From Felis catus (Eukaryota), in the NCBI RefSeq assembly GCF_018350175.1, contig NC_058373.1, positions 103,728,001-103,792,000 of the forward strand: a DNA stretch of 64,000 nucleotides, written 5' to 3'. Positions 24,241 through 37,062 of this stretch are shown here, one piece after another. The notes under the pieces were generated by a model. That model saw only the letters and a list, made by a program, of their open reading frames with translations. It did no database searches and was not told the DNA's origin. How positions within the stretch are numbered: position 1 is the stretch's first letter; each line of letters begins with the position of its first letter. A program made the translations under genes and the position numbers.

Positions 24241-25449
24241 TATTTTAAATGAGTGAGATTTGTGACCTCAGAATAGCGTAAAGGAGTAACATGATCAAAT
24301 GGGTTTCAGGTTAAGTTCAGACTCCTTGTGTCTGTGGGTCCTTTGGGCATGTCCCCTAATCCCTGGGGACTTCAGGGTCCTTCTGGATAGAATGGAACTA
24401 ATTGAAATACTGGTTCTGCCAACCAGGGGGTAGGAGCAGACGTGCTAATGCGTAGCAACATATATGAAAATGCCTCCCAAACTGCTGTTTGATTTTCCTT
24501 CAACAGTTCTAGAACAGTGGCTTTGCTAGAAATGAGATGGCCGTATGGATGAGAAGGGAGGTGGTAAAGCACATATTCAGACTTTTTTTTTTTAAAGGGC
24601 TGGGCATTCTGTACCCTTTCAGCACTTGTGAGAAAGCCCAGTAAGCGAGCGAGGGCTTTGCAGAAGAAGGTTTTACAGGGCTGTGCTTAAAAGGCAACCT
24701 TCCCCAGATTCCTGTTTCAGGCAGGAGGAAACAGGGCACGCTGCTCTTAAATGTATTGTTCTCAGGCCCAGCTGGCTCCCTCCCTCTGCCTCTCTGGGCG
24801 GCAGAGGGCAGCTTGCAAGGAGGCAGGCTGCTTGGAGCAAAGACGTGGGTCCTGCTCTCAACGGGCCGTCACACACACTTAGAGCCAAACCACGGCAGGT
24901 CCAGGGCTTTCTACTCTCTCCCAGGGAGTTCCCAGAGCAATTAACGAAACAGAGGCCTAATTAGGAGCATTTGGGATTTACTGCCGACTTTAAAGTGATC
25001 CTGAGACCCTTTTAAAGGAAAGTGAGGTCTTTTCCCAGGATCCTCCAAGCAGGAATTTGTCAAAGATTTGTCTAAGGGTGGCACAGCCTGGCAGCTAATT
25101 CTCCAGCCTCTCCCAACGGAATCTCGACTCTTTGAAGAGCTTTCCTCCCATCTAGAAAAATCTAAGGAGCAAGGCAAGGAAACATAATTTTGACCACCTG
25201 AGGCCTCACCTTTTACAGATTACTTTCTCTGCCGTTGATGTGTGTATTTTCTTCAGCCAACGATGAGTTTTGCTTTTGACTTCTTTTCTCTTTTGTAACG
25301 TCTGACAATTGAGACCACGTGAGTGAGTGCCTCTGTGATTCCCTCAGAGTAATCCTTCCAACGGAACGCAATTAGCCATTCCTGACTATGTGCTTCTCGA
25401 ACCGAGAGGCACCAAGAAGGATGACATCGCTTGTCGCTTCTGGCTCAGT

Positions 25450-26080
25450 AACACTCATAGGAAGAGAGATACAAGTTATAACTCTACAGAGGTACTTTTC
25501 TCACCTATCAGATTAGCAATCATCAACAAGTCCATGGTGTTGCGTCAGTGAGAGAAGGTGGGAAAATGGGCATTGCCATGGATAGACAGGGCCCTGCCAA
25601 GGGAGCTGGGGGCATTTAGATTAGTGCAGTTCAGGGCTATCTATCGAGTTCACAAATGCACTTACACTTGACCCAGCAACTCCACTCCTGAGCATTTTTC
25701 CTATAGACATCCTCATTGGCCTACAGAATCTGTTTACAAATAGGAAAGCGGTTACATGAACTATTTGTACAGCCATAAAAAATGAGGAAGCTTTTTACAT
25801 ACCAATATATGCCAGATATATTGCTAGATTAGAAAAACAAAGGGAGAACAGTGCGTACAGTAGGCTCTCACTTTTTTTTTTAAAGGGAGTGATTGCACAA
25901 ACACAGACAAGTAAGTTTGAACATGTATACAATGTCTAGAGTGATAAGCAAACCATGGTTAACACTGTTTGCCTTCAGAGAAAGGAACTGGGGAACAAGT
26001 GTAGAAGGGATACTCTTCCGTATACCTTTTTTATGCATTTTGAGTTTTGCACTCTGTGCAATTAGCTTCTTTGGAAAAAA
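25450..26080 (+). mobile_element. Ancient L1M (L1ME-like) 3' fragment
   Basis: tcacctatcagattagcaa...ttgacccagcaactccactcctgagcattt...cagccataaaaaatgaggaagc. Confidence 0.65.
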
Positions 26081-26238
26081 AGAACGAAAGAAGGAAAGAG
26101 AAAGTAACAAGGAAGGAAATCTGTACATTCTCAATGCTTCCATTCTAAGTCCCAGGATTTGGCTTGGTCCATGTGCTATAATGCACTCTATTCACAATTT
26201 TCATAATTTTAATACAAAAAGATACAGTATTACATTTC

Positions 26239-26369
26239 TTTTTAAAAAAGATTTTATGTTTAATAAGCTCTATAATTTTTAGTAATCTCTGCACCCAACG
26301 TGAGGCTCAAACTCACAACCCTGAGATCAAGAGTTGCATGCTCCACTGACTGAGCCAGCCAGGAGCCCC
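26239..26369 (-). mobile_element. Short tRNA-like carnivore SINE
   Basis: agtaatctctgcacccaacgtg...gatcaagagttgcatgctccactgactgagccagccaggagcccc. Confidence 0.85.
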
Positions 26370-26759
26370 CTGCATTGTATTTCTGAAGTGGTTTCAGATA
26401 CGGGATTGACATAGGAGTTTAACCTTGGTTAAATGACCTCTCTCAATACAACATTCTGTTTCATTTCATAATTCTTTAAGAAAAATTAAAATAAGATGGA
26501 TGTAGAGATGAATTTCAGATGCTTAGAATCAGAAATACATCTCTAAAAGCAGATCTTAATATTTGATCCGATAGATGATAACCTAATACCAAAGATAGTA
26601 TATTTAAAGCAGAAATAAAGTTTACTTTCACATCTCTCTCTCTTTTATAACCATTTCATGAATCACTCTCTTCATCCTCTATGTGACTCTTACGAATTTA
26701 GTTTATACTTTGTTAGGTCGCCCCATAGTACCTGCTGAGAAACACTATTTCCTGTGGCC

Positions 26760-26985
26760 AAAGACGTGAGCCTTAGAATAAAACAGACGAGGTTCAGATC
26801 CCGGTGCCTCGTCCGCCAGTTATGTGACCTTGAGCAAGTTACTGAATCTCTCTGATCCTCCGCCCCTTATCCGTAGAATGGCATAGTCCTAACGCGTTGA
26901 AGGGTTTGTCCACGATGTCACTCGAGCCCAATGCCTGGTGCAGGGCCTGGTGTGCAGCGAGCTCTCCAGGAATGGTAATTGCCAT
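26760..26985 (+). mobile_element. MIR remnant
   Basis: ggttcagatcccgg...tatgtgaccttgagcaagttactgaatctctctga. Confidence 0.7.
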
Positions 26986-28074
26986 CTCTGTCCTCATTCA
27001 GGCTCCTTGTTTCATTTCCCCAACTTAGTCATGAAAGTGACAACAGGACCGCCTCTTTTTCAACCAGTTCTTCTCCCACGGCATCCATGCCCCGCCAAAG
27101 GTGGGCACTAATGAAAGGCCGATCAGCTCCCAGATCTTAGAGCTGGGGACCTCAAAAGCTCCCTTAGTGTGGGTCCAGCCCCTTGTAGAGATAAGACATT
27201 AGCTCCATTTTATAAAAGGTAGACTGGTACCCCGAGAGGGGGTTAAATAACCTGAACTTTCACTTTCTTTAAAATATAGTTCTTTTGTTCTTACAAAAGT
27301 ACAAAAGTTGAGTGTATTTATCTTTCTCATTAAGTTCAAATCCATCCATTACATTTCTCATTATATCCGGTATTGGAGTCTCTCCCCCTTTCGTGCTCAT
27401 TTCTAAGACTTGATGGAAAAGTATCCCTATTATTTTTTTTGGCTTTATTTTACCCTCACTATGTTTAGGAAGTGAGATCAGATGATCGCGGAGAGGTTCT
27501 CAGAGTTGCTAAGGAGCAGGGGATGCCGTGGGGGACCACAGAGCTCCCCTAAAGCAAGAGGACAGGGTTTCCTGTCTACGGTCTTGGCAGCAAACGACTT
27601 CTGAGAGGCCTTCTGGACTGATGCCCAACCTACTGGGTCATAGATGGAACTTAGAATGTTCTAGCCTTTAAGAAGCCCAGGATGAAGAAAGGCTGCCGGG
27701 CCAGCTCAGCAAGTGCCCACTGGTTACTATTGCTACGTTGTGAGCATTGTTGTCATTACATTACCCTATTGTACCTTATTGAGGCCCAGTGAGTTATATT
27801 TTGCTTAATTTATATCAAGTAACTCTTTCCTGTATTTAGTGCAGAGAAGTTGACAAAAGGAATTAGGGCAAAACAAAATGAAACAAATTCAGCTCCTTCC
27901 AAAGGCATCCAATGCCACATCTTTCCACACTCATATTTATTTTCAGGTACTCACAGGGGAAAGGGGCACTGCTTATAAAAGAACCTTCAGGTATGGGCCT
28001 CTGCTAATGTCTGCAGCATCATCAAGCCTCACCACGCCAAACCACTTTAATTCCCCTAAACCACCACGAGAATT

Positions 28075-28315
28075 CAGTACAGCGTTTGTCTTAAACATGG
28101 TGGCTCTGGAACAGTCAACCTGAACTTGAATCCACCATCTTCTAATTACTAGCTCAATGACCTTGGGTAAATTCTATAAACTTTTTATGGCTCAGTTCTC
28201 CCATTTATAAAGTGAGAAAACTACGCTTTGTAGAGTTATTATGGGGGGATGTATAAGTACACACAACTTTGGAGAATGCCATGCAAATAGTAAGCATTCA
28301 ACACATGTTAGCTAT
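28075..28315 (+). mobile_element. MIR remnant
   Basis: ttactagctcaatgaccttgggtaaatt...tcagttctcccatttataaagtgag. Confidence 0.65.
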
Positions 28316-28329
28316 CCCTGTAAACTCCA

Positions 28330-28730
28330 GGATTTTCCCCCTTGCTGTTCCCTATACCCAAACACTCACACTTTCCACGTGTGCCCTTTTTGCCATTTAG
28401 CTTTTCCCTCACTCTTTAGAATCAGCTTAAAATCAGCTTCCTCCAGGAAGCCTTCTCAGAAAAGCCTCCTCAGCCCCAGCCAAGACCAGGGTCCCTTTCT
28501 TTGGGGCTTCCTTAGTCCCTTGTCAACCCCTATGTAGAGAATGCCATACTCATCCATGAGCGTATGTTTACTTGTCTGGCATCCCACCATATTGTAAGTT
28601 TCACAAGGATGGTTATTTATCGTATCCACCATATTGTAAGTTTCACAAGGATGGTTATTTATCGTATCTGCAGCACCTAGTCAAGTGCTTGGCATGCAGT
28701 AGGTCATCAATATTTGCATAAGACAGAATG
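28330..28730 (+). mobile_element. L2 3' remnant containing a 42-bp tandem duplication
   Basis: cttcctccaggaagccttctc...gcacctagtcaagtgcttggcatgcagtaggtcatcaatatttg. Confidence 0.7.
28584..28668. repeat. Perfect 2 x 42-bp tandem duplication
   Basis: ccaccatattgtaagtttcacaaggatggttatttatcgtat at 28584 and 28626. Confidence 0.97.
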
Positions 28731-29238
28731 CATAAGAACCTTGTCTGTTGAGGTTGTGTTCACAAATGTCTTTGAGGAGAGTTTTGTATCGGAATGCCTC
28801 TTGACATTCAAAAATGGTGAGCCAATCAGAGATGGACAGCTAGCACAGATCTTGACATGGATTTAAACCTTGAAAAAAAAATGAATGTAGATTATATAGA
28901 TAAACCACTATCAAAATACCCCGGGTAGTAAGCGCTTAGTCCTCTGTGTATTTTGGATCCTGCTGGTTGTTGTTTTGACAGATAGTAGCTAATTCCCATC
29001 CAAGAGGTGAATAAATACATTCATGGAGGTGAAAGGGGGTGGTGACATTAGAACTTGATCCTCTGGGTTTCTGCGTGGAGAACTCGCAATCATAACCTTC
29101 CCTGACTCCTTGACTATCGTCCAGTTCTTGCTCCTATCAGGAGAGCGTGACCTCAGGAAGAGTGGCTTGGCATGAGCGCCCAATGGATCCAGCCGGGAGT
29201 TTCCTCGTTGTAAGGACTCGAGCTCCCCTACCTAATAT

Positions 29239-29409
29239 ATTTTTTAAAGTTAATTTATTTATTTTGAGAGCGAGACAGAGAGTGCCAAGCAGGCTCTGCG
29301 TTGATAGCGTAGAACCCAACATGGGTTTCCATCCCACAAACTGTGAGATCATGACCTGAGCCAAGATCAAGAGTTGGATACTTGACTGACTGAGCCACCC
29401 AGGCGCTCC
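29239..29409 (-). mobile_element. CAN-SINE with internal deletion
   Basis: TSD acctaatat; CT-rich segment shortened. Confidence 0.93.
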
Positions 29410-29942
29410 AACCTAATATTTTTTAAAACTGACAAATAGGTCCCTTAATTGTTAACAGAAGGGCAATATGGCTTTGTACCTCCTGACCTAAAAATATGTC
29501 TTTGATAGCCGAAGGTGTCTGTGTGTCTGTGTCTGCGTGTGTGTTTTCTGAGGGTGGATTTCTAGGACAGCCCCTGTGTTACTTCCACACAGGGCTTGCT
29601 CTCTGGTCTCACTAGCAGGAGCACACCCCCTTTTCAACACGGCCACTAGAAAACGAACGGTCAAAACTAATTTTCAGAACTATGAAATATAAAAGAATTA
29701 CAGACACGCAGAACTTTAGTCCCCCAATGATGACCAAGTCCTACCCTGTACTCTTCCCATGAGAAGCCAACCCAAGCTGAGAAAGTAAGAGGCCCCAGCA
29801 AGGCTTGCAGTTTGCGCCCCAACCTCCCTTCTGACTCCGTCTCACTTCTTCTTACCCTTCTTCACCTCACTTTTCTCACTTGCTTTTAATTCGTCCTTCT
29901 CAACTCCTTGTATTTTTGTACACTGCCCTCAATTGTTTCTAG

Positions 29943-30189
29943 GAAAGATGAAATGCACGTGAATACCCTCGCTAAAAACCGTATCATCGTTAAAGCGGAC
30001 ACTCCTGCTTCTGGGAGCCCTCGTCAATGGGCATTGAGCGACTGGTGCTCACTGCTGGTTTGGGCTGAGCCGCCGCTGGGAAGTCTGTGCCCGCGGTGAG
30101 CTGCCCATAGACCGAAGGACGCACTCCATCTGCATAGTAAACGCTCTCCAGCCTTATTTCATGGTGCCCTCCAAGACCCTGATTCCAAG
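29943..30189 (+). other. Candidate spliced exon, 247 nt, probably non-coding or UTR
   Basis: 130-nt AG-free pyrimidine tract ending tttctag; donor AAG|GTAAGT; CpG-rich interior; no frame open end to end. Confidence 0.35.
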
Positions 30190-31239
30190 GTAAGTACACA
30201 AAGCTTATTGTTTTCTTTGGGGACCTTTTGCCACACTTCTCCTCACTGTGCTTTGAAAACTAACCACCAGAGTCTGGTCATTATGGCTTCATTAACTATT
30301 CCTTGTAATTGCACCAGTCATAATTAATTCATTTGTTATTCACATGGGTGACATACGGACCCTTTAATAGATTTTCCTCAGGGAATTACACATATTAAAT
30401 GATATTGATGGCGCTTTCAGAAGAGATTCAAAGGGAACCACGGTATAAACCATTTTGTCTAAGTAGCAACGAGTTACTTTATTATAAAAATGAAGTTAAT
30501 TATTTTAATCTCTCAACCTTTTTCAGAGAAAAACCAGAAAATGTATAAACTAGTTTTTCCTCCTTCCACCAGACAGTTCTAATCCGTAATTCAGAGTGCC
30601 AAAATAAAATCATTCTTATAAAAATAGATGGTGCATTTATACAAATGCATGCCAGAGTATTTAAGTAAATCATACTTGAATTAATTTCAGGTTAAAACCT
30701 TTCCTTTAAGCCTCTCTCTCTCTCTCTCTCTTTTTTCCCAGAAACCATCTGTATTTTAACATCTTACTGCACAGCTGCATTCCTCATGTTTAATTTATGT
30801 TGGAGATCTTTTGTGACAAGACCAACTTATTTTTCAGATGAAATCAACTCATTTTAGGTAAAACACTGGTGACCCAAATATTACACACTTTCAAATTATG
30901 CATAATCCCTCCCCTGCCCCTGGGTCACACAAACACACACACACATTCCCCCTCCCCTCTTTTTCAGTAGGAATGAATGAAAATTCCATACTGCCAAATA
31001 TTTAACCAAATACTTTAATCACTGGTTGTCTGGTAGAAACATCAGGCCTTTGCTGACAGACACACAATGACATGGCAGAACTACAGCAATTATCTATGTA
31101 ATTCAGGTTAAAAACTAAGCTCAACAACCAGTTTTGCCTGAAATACCCCAATCACAGAGAGGGAAGAAGAAAAGTGTCCCTTTGGTTTCTATTCTCCCCG
31201 TAATTGCCTTAATTCCCATTTGACTCCGTGTGAGTGGAA

Positions 31240-31420
31240 TCACAGACACAGAATTTCAGTCTCTTGGAGATTATCTAGTTCAACCCCCTTATTTTTCACA
31301 TGAGAAAACTCAGACCCACAGAGGTCAAGTGCCCTGCCCAGGTCATTAGTAGGTGGTGGCAGGGTCCAATCATGAACCCGGATTTCCCAGTTCCTGGCTC
31401 AGCATCCTTACAACTGATAC
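31240..31420 (-). mobile_element. MIR remnant
   Basis: ttggagattatctagttcaacccccttatttttcacatgagaaaactcagacccacagaggtcaagtg. Confidence 0.7.
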
Positions 31421-31608
31421 TGTCTTGCCACCTGATTCCAAGGTCCCTAGAGGTCAAAGGAAATGGTGCCAGCATGAAGCACTATGAAGGAAGACAGTAA
31501 AATGCCACCCAAGACTTTGAATCCAAATCAAATGCAACAATTCACCTCAGCTGGGCATCAAATAATTTTCTTTGCACGTGTTCTACTAGCAAATGACCAG
31601 CTTTGAAC

Positions 31609-31804
31609 ATTTTGTTTTTAATGTTTATTTAGTTTTGAGACAGAGGCACACAGAGAGCGAGTGGGGGAGGGTCCGGGAGAGCGAGGGGGGGGGCACAGAA
31701 TCTGAAGCAGGCTCCAGGCTCTGAGCTGTCATCACAGAGCGCGGCGCGGGGCTCGAACTCACAAACGCTGAGAGCAGACCCGAGCTGAGCCACCCAGGCG
31801 CCCC
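31609..31804 (-). mobile_element. Feline CAN-SINE with a deletion near the head
   Basis: Reverse SINE lacking the cgaagtcggacgcttaaccg segment. Confidence 0.92.
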
Positions 31805-32519
31805 TCAAACAGCCAGCTTTTAAAAGCACACATGAGCATGATATCATCCAGCAGGCCATATAATTCAGAGGTGGGAAAAGCATTAGACACGATTAAAAAA
31901 CAGAACAAGACAAAGCTACATGAGTCTTCACAAAATAAACTAAAACATTTTCCCGTTCCTAATAGGACCCCGGTGAAAAACCTACAAAAAAACCCAAAAA
32001 ACCAAAAACAAAAAACCCTTAAGACCTGCAGGAAAACTCAGGCCCAGGATGTTTTACGAGCTTCAAATCTACCTGGGTGTCCCAGCACACAAGCCGGGTT
32101 ATCAACTTGACAACCTTCAAGCAAAGCAAACACATGACATCAGACCATTATGAAAGAGCCTGCACTCAGCTTCCCCGTTCTCTCCAGAAGGGCTCCCAGC
32201 CTGCTAGTGGGGTGCTCTGTTTTCAGTCTCCTGGGGCGTTGCATATATCCTTTGTTTTTGAAACAAGAAAGTTTTCGTAATTCTTCCAAAAGGGTGCTTT
32301 CTATTTTAAAGGCAGCCCAGGATCTTGACTGTTTTGCTCCCTTTTCTGCCTCGAAGCCCAGCACGTGATTTTTTTATTTCTTTGTTTTTGCATTTTTACA
32401 TCAGGACTCGCCTGATTTTCAGGGCCATGGGGGCCACCTGTAGGGTTACCTGTTAGTGTAAGCCACCCAGCAAAGGTTGTGCTCGTCCTGTATGCTACTG
32501 GCTGGAACGGAGGACCCGG

Positions 32520-32850
32520 ACTAAGGTCAAAATTATTATGTGGAGATTAAACCGTAGAATTTAATTATGTGTTCTGTTGCTCCTGGTACATTTATTAATT
32601 TAGCAGTATAAACTGACTGGAGCTAAACAAGCAGGACTGATTAATTTGCAAAGACATCTAGGTAACAGATTGTGATCAAAGCGGAGACCTGATCCTGTTA
32701 GATTGAAATGTGTTGTTTTGTGCTTGCAGGAAGGACATGGTGTGGCGTGGTTTATCTTTATCAATGCTTTCCTCTGAAGGAGGGGAACAAGCTTGCAGAT
32801 ACTAATCAGGGCTGAGGCCCTGCCACTCAATAATTACCCACTGTCTCATC
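32520..32850. promoter_or_regulatory. Candidate enhancer with PBX-HOX, SOX and TCF motifs
   Basis: TGATTAAT 32638-32645; ATTGT abutting GATCAAAG 32669-32681; several TAAT cores; unique sequence. Confidence 0.3.
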
Positions 32851-33096
32851 ATAATCCCGGAACTAAGCCCCTGCCCAATCCATCTGGGACCCTTTTCCAT
32901 CTATTGCACAGCTCAAGAATACGTGTGTAAGCTATTACCTCTGGTCGTGCTATCTGTCCCCTGAGTATAGATTCATGGCAGTGACCAATTAGGTGGCCGA
33001 GTTCTCTCTCCCCCTTTGCTTCCAAACCACGCTTGCTGTACTTCTCAGCACCGGAAAGGGAAGCACAGACTCGTGGGGGTGCGGGAATCCACTCAC

Positions 33097-33161
33097 CTAT
33101 AAAAGCTGTCTCGTCACCGTCACTGGTAAACATCGTATGATGCTTAATTTTGTGGGCTGCT
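33097..33161 (-). other. Candidate spliced exon, 65 nt
   Basis: Acceptor tcttgccgctcctattttcag|, donor TAG|GTGAGT; one open frame AAHKIKHHTMFTSDGDETAFI; product not recognised. Confidence 0.3.
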
Positions 33162-33553
33162 CTGAAAATAGGAGCGGCAAGACCAGAACTCTGTATCTCG
33201 AGGTTTCTTTAAGCCACTCTCAACCTGCCACTGCCTTATGCTGGAAACAAATCACAGAGTGAGGAAAATATTTCTGACCTTAATCCAGAAATCAAACGGC
33301 CGGGAAGTGAGGAGGGCAAATGTGGGTATAACTGAATTCTGGATCCCTGAATGAAAACCCTGTATTGTACCGCGGTTAAAAGCACGGAGCCCTGAAGTCC
33401 AAGGGGACTTCGGTTGAAATTCTGGCTCTGTTCTCGCCAGCTAGTCACTTAACTTTTCCCTCTCGATAAAACAGTGCCGGCCATATAGGATAGCTTTGGG
33501 AGTTAACAGAGACACTCCCTATAATGCATACAACTTGAAAATGATAAGGCCTG

Positions 33554-33659
33554 GGGGCATCTGATTGGCTCAGTTGGTAGAGCATGCAACTCTTGATCAT
33601 GAGGACGTGAGTTCCAGCCCCGCACTGGGTGTGGAGCCTACTTCGATAAATAAATAAAT
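33554..33659 (+). mobile_element. Short tRNA-like carnivore SINE inside a MIR remnant
   Basis: ggctcagttggtagagcatgcaactcttgatc...gagttccagcccc; (TAAA)n tail. Confidence 0.85.
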
Positions 33660-34912
33660 CCAACCTCAATATGTGTTAGCTAGCCCTCCCACTACATTTA
33701 TAGCCAGAACCAAAAAACCCAGCTCCGGTTCAAATTGTGCCAACCATTATGTGCTAATTATTTTACATATACATTTCCTCTTCCCAAATAAATTGCACAT
33801 TCCTGAAGGTCAAAATCCATTTTTTTTTAATATCCCACAGGTGATAGTTAACAAATGCTGCCTGATTCTTTCCCTTGAACTTAAAAACACCCTTCATAAA
33901 ATTCTTCATGAACAGTTTTGAAGAGGGACAAGTAGTCAGTTACAATTTTCCAATAAAGAAACAGAGACAACAGTGATGGTAAGCAAGCTGCTATTGTTAG
34001 TGGTAGAAATCAGTGGATACAATCCAGTCGTCGCTAGTAGAAGAACCCGAGGGGCAACTGCGTGATGCCTACTGTATGCTCTCGGTCAGGGCGAAACCCA
34101 TTTCAAACCTCAGGGACCGTTTTCAGTATATACGCTGTCAGGGCACACGCCCAGCTCCTAATTAGCCAGGACCCCATTTCAAGATCTTTGCTGATGCTGA
34201 CGGTATTTTAATTAGTTAAATCTACAACTTGGCTCTTCTTGTTCTTCTCTGGCAGTCAGAGAGGAAAATCTGCTAAAATGCGAATGTTTCACATTCACCC
34301 TTCCAAAACACCCCTTCCCTCACCTAAGGCGTTGAGGAAGCACCCTGAAGACGGACCATCCTTTGGAATTTATACCGGCAGCTCTGACAGCTGTTTTGTA
34401 TTTATTTCCATGGTCGGCCCTTTCAATTTGGGACTCTTATTCATTATATAAGCAAATATTTGTTAAGGGATCGGGCACAGGATGAGGTATGTTTGTCAGG
34501 ATTGTAATTAAGGTGGTGTGTGCACCAGAGTTAGAGGAAGACGGGAAGGGGGGGGGGCGGGGATCCTCAACTCACGGTGGCTGTGTTACTTCGAAAGACT
34601 TACCAACCTCTCTAGGCCACGTCTGTCCCCTGTATGTGTTATCCTTGTTCGACTGTCCCAAAACACAGGTGAGTAAGAAACAACCTGGATAAATATTTTA
34701 AGACGCTCATACATGACTTTTGACAAATTCTTGGCCTATAGCATATCCTAATGCCCTCTTATTTTTTAGAGTGAATTCTAATTTTAAGGAATTTTTGACT
34801 ATGTTTTAGTTCAATGCTCTTACTTCTAATGCATTCATCAACATTTTAGCTCGTACAAAATGATTATAGATATTACCGGTGAGTACTTCGCATATGACAT
34901 GATTATTTTTCT

Positions 34913-34959
34913 TTTTTTTTTCCAATATATGAAATTTATTGTCAAATTGGTTTCCAAAC
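34913..34959 (-). mobile_element. Ultra-short feline L1 3' stub
   Basis: poly-T plus caatatatgaaatttattgtcaaattggtttcca, identical to the end of the L1 at 40257; TSD attatttttct. Confidence 0.9.
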
Positions 34960-36244
34960 ATTATTTTTCTGAACGGTTATGTGGTTTCACGGATTCACCC
35001 GGCAGTTGCCCAGACAGAAAACTACCCTCAGGAGTGTGGCATTCACTTTTTAGATTGTTAATTGAAATGTGCTGTTTCATGCTGCAGGAGGGACAACCCT
35101 CCTGTGTGCCCCAAAGCTACCTGTGGACATTTCATTGCATATTTGAATCTGCAGTAGACGTTGGCTGTTTGTCAGTAAACTCCCTCATTTCATATAATGC
35201 CTTACATCTTGGGATCTCTACAAATTCATTAATGTAGACGCCTCAGGCGTTCAGGGAGGGTGAGTCTAAGTTGTGAGGCTGGTCAGCTGGGGCTATGAAG
35301 TTACAAGTTCTGCTATGGGGCTGGCCCTCTTAAGAGGAACTCAAAATCACTAAACTTAGCTGGGCTCCCTCACGAGAGAACCCCAGCCTTTTCTCTCTGT
35401 GGCTGGTGACACTGCAGAGCTCTCTCCATCGAACAGAACTTTGGCTTCTATAATATGACCTTCCCTGGTGGTTTTCTTCCCCCAGTCCTCTCACTGTGGA
35501 TGTTCTTTAACCCTCTGCTTGTTTCTTTCTAAATTTAAACTGTCTAGAACTTACTTATTCTTGTCTCCTTCACATCACCCAGTACAGCACTTGGAAGCCT
35601 CCTTCTCCATTGCCGACCATTCACCCAGGCTCTAATTCTGCATTACCAGCACTTTCTAGATGTCTATACTGGAAAAACCCTCATCTGCCAAAATTCAACC
35701 TGTTCTCAAATAAGCCCATTAATATCCCACCCCACCCCTCAACACACATTACAGTATTTTACCTCCAGCAGCGGCTCGACACAACTTGACACTTCTCTGT
35801 TCTCTAATTGCTTACTTTGTGTGTCTGTTTTGCCTCCTGACTAGATTGCAATATCTCGGAGGAAGGAGGTTCCGTGGAGCAGGAGGCCCCTGGAGAGACC
35901 CTAATAAGTGCCAGATGCAAAAAAGGTCCAAGTCACCAATTGAGAAAATCTGCATAAAATACACCTGAGCTTTTGGCCTGTATAAAACCAGCATGATGTT
36001 TTCTCCTGGGAGAGGTTCACAGCATATAATTTTTAGTTCCTGTTTTCCCCAGTGCTCAAGTTTCTCCAGGAAGCAATTTGGGGTGAGAGAAAGGCACAGG
36101 TTCAGCTGAACACATGGAACCAGAAAATGCTTTAAAATGTCTTCCATGAGAAAACTTTGTTTTCTCTTGAATGAATATTCTGGGGACATAGGTAAGCCTC
36201 AGAAACTTCCCGCAAGCCGGCAAGGTATAAATACCTTGCTAAGG

Positions 36245-36480
36245 GAATACAGCATGGGATAATGGAATCAGAGGGACCGCAGGTCAAATCTGACATTAGT
36301 TGCTACATCTGTGTGTCCTGGAGAAAGTCACTTACCATCTCTGAGCCTCATTTTCCTCACTGTAAAAATGGAAATAAGATCATTTCTTAAGATTTGTGTG
36401 AGGACTAGTAGTAATATACGTGAAGTACCTAATGTAGTGCTTGGCATAGAGCAGGTTCTTAATGAATAATGGCTGTTATT
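36245..36480 (+). mobile_element. MIR remnant
   Basis: aagtcacttaccatctctgagcctcattttcctcactgtaaaaatgg...gtgcttggcatagagcagg. Confidence 0.75.
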
Positions 36481-36805
36481 TATGATGAGGATGAGGACAG
36501 GTTTTGATGATGGTTATGGGGATAATGTTGAAGACAAACCCACCCACAAGAGAGGTTCATTGATACGTAATTTGGCACACACTACAGCCTGCCCAGTGCA
36601 CCACGATTAGAGAGGTAAGGATCTTCACTGCAAAAAGTAGCCAATGAATTCTTTCCCTTTGGGATTCTATCATCAGCTCTTGGGGTGTACTGCTTGCTCC
36701 CCACCCTGATACCATCCTGCCCATTTTCCCAAGCATTGCCCTGCTCAAGAAACTTGCCAATCATCTGCCATATTCATCTTGAAGAAGCTGAAGTTGCCTG
36801 TTCAC

Positions 36806-37049
36806 AGGCACACCCGGGTGACTTAGTTGCTTAAGCGTCCAACTTTTGATTTTGGCTCAGGTCATGCTCTCACGGTTCATAAGATGCAGCCCTGTGTCTG
36901 GCTCCGCACTGACAGCGTGGAGCCTGCTTAGGATTTTCTCTCTCTCCTTCTCTCTCTGCCTTTCCCTTGCTTGCACGCGCGCACACCCACCCGCCCCCAC
37001 ACACACACACACACGCTCTCTCTCTCTCAAAATAAATAAGCGTTAAAAA
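36806..37049 (+). mobile_element. CAN-SINE, older, with (CA)n
   Basis: Diverged head and canonical body. Confidence 0.92.
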
Positions 37050-37062
37050 CAACGGAGTTTTC

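Noticed and set aside
33554..33659. tRNA-like sequences with A/B boxes (also at 19903, 26239, 47928 and 53582)
   Set aside because: They are diverged, have A-rich tails and show no clean cloverleaf, so they are tRNA-derived SINEs rather than functional tRNAs.
34616..34674. Plus-strand mini-exon ending CAG|GTGAGT
   Set aside because: The acceptor lies in MIR-like sequence and there is no supporting context; such consensus matches are common by chance.
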